IMG/VR virus record: IMGVR_UViG_2872703611_000004 | Direction: 5' to 3' (one strand) | DNA: 47,047 bases | Origin: a virus | Lineage: Duplodnaviria > Heunggongvirae > Uroviricota > Caudoviricetes | Shown: piece by piece, positions 42,401 through 47,047 of the stretch | Layout of the letters: each line of letters opens with the position of its first letter | How positions within the stretch are numbered: the stretch's first letter is position 1 | Notes under the pieces: generated by a model | What the model was told of the DNA's origin: nothing | Database searches by the model: none | What the model saw: only the letters and a program-made list of their open reading frames with translations | Position numbers and translations under genes: made by a program

Positions 42401-43000
42401 ATGCGTAAAGTTTGTGCAGCAATTTTGTCCGCAGCCATTTGTCTGGCCGTATCCGGTGCGCCTGCATGGGCGTCTGAACATCAGTCCACGCTGAGCGCGG
42501 GGTATCTTCATGCCTCGACGAACGTTCCCGGCAGTGATGATCTGAACGGGATTAACGTGAAATACCGTTATGAGTTTACGGACACACTGGGGCTGGAGAC
42601 GTCGTTCAGCTATGCAGGAGACAAGAATCGCCAGCTGACCCGTTACAGCGATACCCGCTGGCATGAAGATTCCGTTCGTAACCGCTGGTTCAGCGTAATG
42701 GCGGGGCCGTCTGTGCGCGTGAATGAATGGTTCAGCGCGTATGCGATGGCGGGTGTGGCTTACAGCCGTGTGTCGACTTTCTCCGGGGATTATCTTCGCG
42801 TAACTGACAACAAGGGGAAAAAGCACGATGTGCTGACCGGAAGTGATGACGGTCGCCACAGCAACACGTCTCTGGCGTGGGGGGCTGGCGTGCAGTTTAA
42901 CCCGACCGAATCCGTGGCCATTGATATTGCTTATGAAGGCTCCGGCAGTGGTGACTGGCGCACTGACGGTTTCATCGTGGGTGTCGGTTATAAATTCTGA
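42401..43000 (+). CDS. lom: Lom-family outer-membrane beta-barrel protein (Ail/PagC/Lom family), lysogenic-conversion type
   Basis: 199 aa with signal peptide MRKVCAAILSAAICLAVSGAPAWA; C-terminus ...DIAYEGSGSGDWRTDGFIVGVGYKF as in lambda Lom; central part diverges. Confidence 0.9.
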   Translation: MRKVCAAILSAAICLAVSGAPAWASEHQSTLSAGYLHASTNVPGSDDLNGINVKYRYEFTDTLGLETSFSYAGDKNRQLTRYSDTRWHEDSVRNRWFSVMAGPSVRVNEWFSAYAMAGVAYSRVSTFSGDYLRVTDNKGKKHDVLTGSDDGRHSNTSLAWGAGVQFNPTESVAIDIAYEGSGSGDWRTDGFIVGVGYKF

Positions 43001-43026
43001 TTAGCCAGGTAACACAGTGTTATGAC

Positions 43027-43055
43027 AGCCCGCCGGTTCAGGCGGGCTTTTTTGT
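43027..43055 (+). terminator. Rho-independent terminator after lom
   Basis: AGCCCGCC-GGTTCA-GGCGGGCT followed by TTTTTTGTGGGG. Confidence 0.8.
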
Positions 43056-43064
43056 GGGGTGAAT

Positions 43065-46000
43065 ATGGCAGTAAAGATTTCAGGTGTACTGAAAGACGGC
43101 ACAGGAAAACCGGTACAGAACTGCACAATCCAGCTGAAAGCAAAACGTAACAGCACCACGGTGGTGGTGAACACGCTGGCCTCAGAAAATCCGGATGAAG
43201 CCGGGCGTTACAGCATGGACGTTGAGTACGGGCAGTACAGCGTTATTCTGTTGGTGGAGGGATTCCCGCCGTCACATGCCGGGACCATCACCGTGTATGA
43301 AGATTCCAGACCAGGTACGCTGAATGATTTTCTCGGTGCCATGACGGAGGATGATGCCCGTCCTGAGGCACTGCGCCGTTTTGAACTGATGGTGGAAGAG
43401 GTGGCGCGTAACGCGTCCGCGGTGGCACAGAACACGGCAGCCGCGAAGAAGTCAGCCAGCGATGCCGGCACATCAGCCCGTGAGGCGGCAACCCATGCGA
43501 CTGATGCTGCAGGCTCAGCACGCGCAGCCAGCACGTCAGCCGGACAGGCCGCGTCGTCGGCTCAGTCAGCATCTTCCAGCGCAGGAACGGCATCAACAAA
43601 GGCCAGTGAAGCATCGAAAAGTGCTGCTGCTGCAGAGTCCTCAAAAAGCGCGGCAGCTACCAGTGCCGCTGCGGCGAAAACGTCAGAAACGAATGCGGCA
43701 GCGTCACAACAATCAGCAGCCACTTCTGCATCCGCCGCGACCACGAAGGCGTCAGAAGCAGCCACCTCAGCCCGGGATGCGGCGGCCTCAAAAGAGGCAG
43801 CGAAATCATCAGAAACGAACGCATCATCAAGCGCCAGTAGTGCCGCTTCCTCGGCAACGGCGGCAGCAAATTCCGCGAAGGCGGCAAAAACGTCCGAGAC
43901 GAACGCCAGGTCTTCTGAAACGGCAGCGGGACAGAGCGCCTCAGCTGCGGCAGGCTCAAAAACAGCGGCTGCGTCGTCTGCCAGTGCCGCGTCAACAAGT
44001 GCCGGGCAGGCCTCAGCCAGTGCCACCGCCGCCGGAAAATCGGCAGAAAGTGCCGCATCGTCTGCTTCAACAGCCACAACGAAGGCTGGCGAAGCCACTG
44101 AACAGGCCAGCGCAGCAGCGAGGTCTGCTTCCGCAGCGAAGACATCCGAGACGAACGCGAAAGCGTCGGAAACCAGCGCAGAATCCTCAAAAACGGCTGC
44201 CGCATCGTCCGCCAGTTCGGCGGCGTCATCGGCATCATCGGCGTCTGCTTCAAAAGATGAGGCGACCAGACAAGCGTCCGCAGCGAAGGGCAGCGCCACG
44301 ACAGCATCCACGAAGGCGACAGAGGCAGCTGGCAGTGCGACGGCGGCAGCACAGAGCAAAAGTACGGCGGAATCCGCGGCAACGCGCGCCGAGACAGCGG
44401 CAAAACGGGCAGAGGATATTGCATCCGCCGTGGCGCTTGAGGATGCAAGTACGACGAAAAAGGGGATAGTACAGCTCAGCAGTGCGACCAACAGTACGTC
44501 TGAAACGCTGGCGGCAACGCCAAAGGCAGTAAAATCAGCCTATGACAATGCAGAGAAACGTCTGCAGAAAGACCAGAACGGCGCTGATATACCCGATAAG
44601 GGACGCTTCCTGAACAACATTAACGCGGTCAGTAAAACAGACTTTGCTGATAAGCGTGGTATGCGTTATGTGCGGGTTAACGCTCCTGCAGGTGCAACAT
44701 CTGGAAAATATTACCCTGTTGTTGTTATGCGTTCTGCTGGCTCAGTAAGCGAACTGGCATCAAGGGTCATTATCACCACGGCAACGCGAACCGCAGGCGA
44801 TCCGATGAATAACTGCGAGTTTAACGGATTTGTTATGCCTGGTGGCTGGACTGACAGGGGGCGTTATGCTTATGGAATGTTCTGGCAATATCAAAACAAT
44901 GAACGAGCCATCCACTCAATAATGATGAGTAATAAGGGCGATGATTTGCGCTCTGTGTTCTATGTTGATGGCGCTGCTTTCCCTGTTTTTGCGTTTATCG
45001 AAGATGGCCTGTCAATATCCGCACCTGGTGCTGATCTCGTTGTTAATGATACGACCTATAAGTTTGGGGCAACAAATCCGGCGACTGAATGTATCGCGGC
45101 GGACGTTATCCTTGATTTTAAGAGTGGGCGTGGTTTTTATGAGTCTCATTCGTTAATCGTTAACGATAACTTGTCGTGCAAAAAACTTTTTGCCACAGAC
45201 GAAATTGTAGCGCGTGGTGGTAATCAGATTCGAATGATAGGTGGGGAGTATGGGGCATTATGGCGTAATGATGGCGCTAAAACTTACCTGCTGCTTACCA
45301 ATCAAGGTGATGTTTATGGTGGCTGGAATACATTAAGACCGTTTGCTATTGATAACGCAACCGGCGAACTGGTTATTGGAACCAAACTGTCCGCAAGTCT
45401 GAACGGTAATGCATTAACAGCAACAAAGCTGCAAACGCCAAGACGGGTTTCTGGTGTTGAGTTTGATGGTTCCAAAGATATTACTTTAACCGCCGCGCAT
45501 GTGGCTGCTTTTGCCAGAAGGGCAACGGATACATATGCCGATGCGGATGGTGGCGTTCCCTGGAATGCCGAATCAGGCGCTTATAATGTCACCCGCTCTG
45601 GCGACAGCTATATTCTGGTTAACTTCTATACCGGAGTCGGAAGTTGCCGGACCTTGCAGATGAAGGCGCATTACAGAAATGGTGGTCTGTTCTACCGTTC
45701 TTCAAGAGACGGTTATGGTTTTGAGGAAGACTGGGCAGAAGTTTATACCTCGAAAAATCTTCCACCAGAAAGCTACCCAGTCGGCGCACCAATCCCGTGG
45801 CCATCAGATACCGTTCCGTCTGGTTATGCCCTGATGCAGGGGCAGACTTTTGACAAATCTGCCTACCCGAAACTTGCAGCCGCTTATCCGTCAGGCGTGA
45901 TCCCTGATATGCGTGGCTGGACGATTAAGGGCAAGCCCGCCAGTGGTCGTGCCGTATTGTCTCAGGAACAGGACGGCATAAAATCGCATACCCACAGCGC

Positions 46001-46463
46001 CAGCGCATCCAGTACTGATTTGGGGACGAAAACCACATCGTCGTTTGATTACGGCACTAAATCCACGAATAACACTGGTGCGCATACCCATAGTTTAAGT
46101 GGCAGCACGAATGCAGCTGGTAATCACAGCCATAGAGATGGCCGTCGATTTAACCCCAGTGTTTTTAAAGATACTTATCAATATGGTTATACAAGCTCAG
46201 GTCAAAATACCTGGGGTGTACAAGGCTCAGTAGGTATGTCTACGGGGGCGTTAGCTAATACCAGTACAGATGGTAACCATAGCCACTCACTGTCCGGCAC
46301 AGCAGCATCTGCAGGTGCACACGCACATACTGTCGGTATTGGTGCACACACGCACTCCGTTGCGATTGGTTCACATGGACACACCATCACCGTTAACGCT
46401 GCTGGTAACGCGGAAAACACCGTCAAAAACATCGCATTTAACTATATTGTGAGGCTTGCATAA
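43065..46463 (+). CDS. stf: Side tail fibre Stf with expanded Ala/Ser/Thr-rich repeat region and His-x-His-rich C-terminal tip
   Basis: [81 protein letters not shown]...; reiterated KTSETNA / [10 protein letters not shown] units; C-terminal GNHSHS...[26 protein letters not shown]. Confidence 0.93.
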   Translation: MAVKISGVLKDGTGKPVQNCTIQLKAKRNSTTVVVNTLASENPDEAGRYSMDVEYGQYSVILLVEGFPPSHAGTITVYEDSRPGTLNDFLGAMTEDDARPEALRRFELMVEEVARNASAVAQNTAAAKKSASDAGTSAREAATHATDAAGSARAASTSAGQAASSAQSASSSAGTASTKASEASKSAAAAESSKSAAATSAAAAKTSETNAAASQQSAATSASAATTKASEAATSARDAAASKEAAKSSETNASSSASSAASSATAAANSAKAAKTSETNARSSETAAGQSASAAAGSKTAAASSASAASTSAGQASASATAAGKSAESAASSASTATTKAGEATEQASAAARSASAAKTSETNAKASETSAESSKTAAASSASSAASSASSASASKDEATRQASAAKGSATTASTKATEAAGSATAAAQSKSTAESAATRAETAAKRAEDIASAVALEDASTTKKGIVQLSSATNSTSETLAATPKAVKSAYDNAEKRLQKDQNGADIPDKGRFLNNINAVSKTDFADKRGMRYVRVNAPAGATSGKYYPVVVMRSAGSVSELASRVIITTATRTAGDPMNNCEFNGFVMPGGWTDRGRYAYGMFWQYQNNERAIHSIMMSNKGDDLRSVFYVDGAAFPVFAFIEDGLSISAPGADLVVNDTTYKFGATNPATECIAADVILDFKSGRGFYESHSLIVNDNLSCKKLFATDEIVARGGNQIRMIGGEYGALWRNDGAKTYLLLTNQGDVYGGWNTLRPFAIDNATGELVIGTKLSASLNGNALTATKLQTPRRVSGVEFDGSKDITLTAAHVAAFARRATDTYADADGGVPWNAESGAYNVTRSGDSYILVNFYTGVGSCRTLQMKAHYRNGGLFYRSSRDGYGFEEDWAEVYTSKNLPPESYPVGAPIPWPSDTVPSGYALMQGQTFDKSAYPKLAAAYPSGVIPDMRGWTIKGKPASGRAVLSQEQDGIKSHTHSASASSTDLGTKTTSSFDYGTKSTNNTGAHTHSLSGSTNAAGNHSHRDGRRFNPSVFKDTYQYGYTSSGQNTWGVQGSVGMSTGALANTSTDGNHSHSLSGTAASAGAHAHTVGIGAHTHSVAIGSHGHTITVNAAGNAENTVKNIAFNYIVRLA

Positions 46464-47047
46464 TGGCATTCAGAATGAGTGAACAACCACGGACCATAAA
46501 AATTTATAATCTGCTGGCCGGAACTAATGAATTTATTGGTGAAGGTGACGCATATATTCCGCCTCATACAGGTCTGCCAGCAAACAGTACCGATATTGCA
46601 CCGCCAGATATTCCGGCTGGCTTTGTGGCTGTTTTCAACAGTGATGAGGCATCGTGGCATCTCGTTGAAGATCATCGGGGAAAAACCGTCTATGACGTGG
46701 CTTCCGGCGACGCGTTATTTATTTCTGAACTTGGCTCGTTACCGGAAAATGTCACCTGGTTATCGCCGGAAGGGGAATATCAGAAGTGGAACGGCACAGC
46801 CTGGGTGAAGGATACGGAAGCAGAAAAACTGTTCCGGATCCGGGAGGCGGAAGAAACAAAAAACAGCCTGATGCAGGTAGCCAGTGAGCATATAGCGCCA
46901 CTTCAGGATGCTGTAGATCTGGAGATCGCAACGGAGGAAGAAACCTCATTGCTGGAAGCCTGGAAAAAATATCGGGTGTTGCTGAACCGTGTTAATACAA
47001 CAACTGCACCGGATATTGAATGGCCAACAGTACCCATTATCGAATAG
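46463..47047 (+). CDS. tfa: Tail fibre assembly protein Tfa (complete, stop at window end)
   Basis: 194 aa [82 protein letters not shown]...; ATG overlaps the stf stop (TAATGG). Confidence 0.92.
   Translation: MAFRMSEQPRTIKIYNLLAGTNEFIGEGDAYIPPHTGLPANSTDIAPPDIPAGFVAVFNSDEASWHLVEDHRGKTVYDVASGDALFISELGSLPENVTWLSPEGEYQKWNGTAWVKDTEAEKLFRIREAEETKNSLMQVASEHIAPLQDAVDLEIATEEETSLLEAWKKYRVLLNRVNTTTAPDIEWPTVPIIE

Noticed and set aside
43208-44491. Several long ORFs (108-335 aa) on both strands inside stf, including Arg/Pro-rich and Ala/Asp-rich translations
   Set aside because: They lie entirely within the Ala/Ser/Thr repeat region of stf and are low-complexity frame-shifted or antisense readings of the same GC-rich repeat; stf has the phage-protein N-terminus and continuous frame.

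Overview
This window is the left ~46 kb of a mosaic lambdoid prophage integrated at the E. coli lambda attachment site, preceded by the host gene ybhC (1-1284, minus). The attL core (GCTTTTTTATACTAA) lies at 1331-1345; attR is beyond the window. Gene order follows the lambda prophage map: int-xis, the leftward early operon (orf63, orf60a, exo, bet, gam, kil, cIII, ea10), sieB, an N-like antiterminator, a P22-type immunity region (c2 repressor, cro, c1), lambda O with four ori iterons, P, a truncated ren, a DLP12-type nin/Q block (ybcN, ninE, ybcO, rusA, ylcG, quuD), an intact nmpC/Lc-type porin gene antisense between Q and the lysis genes, a phage-21-type lysis cassette (dual-start holin, SAR endolysin, Rz with embedded Rz1), a Rha-family gene, an IS66-family insertion with 8-bp target duplication, the cos site, and a lambda-identical head and tail gene set (nu1 to J) followed by lom, stf and tfa. 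All calls rest on reading the translated ORFs and sequence motifs against remembered phage proteins; no database search was run. Most of the window is well-characterised phage biology. The candidates for undescribed function are an AT-rich membrane-protein gene between xis and the early operon (3135-3737), a secreted-protein moron (12155-12649) and the ~1 kb ORF-poor segment after it, and the divergent C-terminus of J. No CRISPR array, tRNA or rRNA was found.
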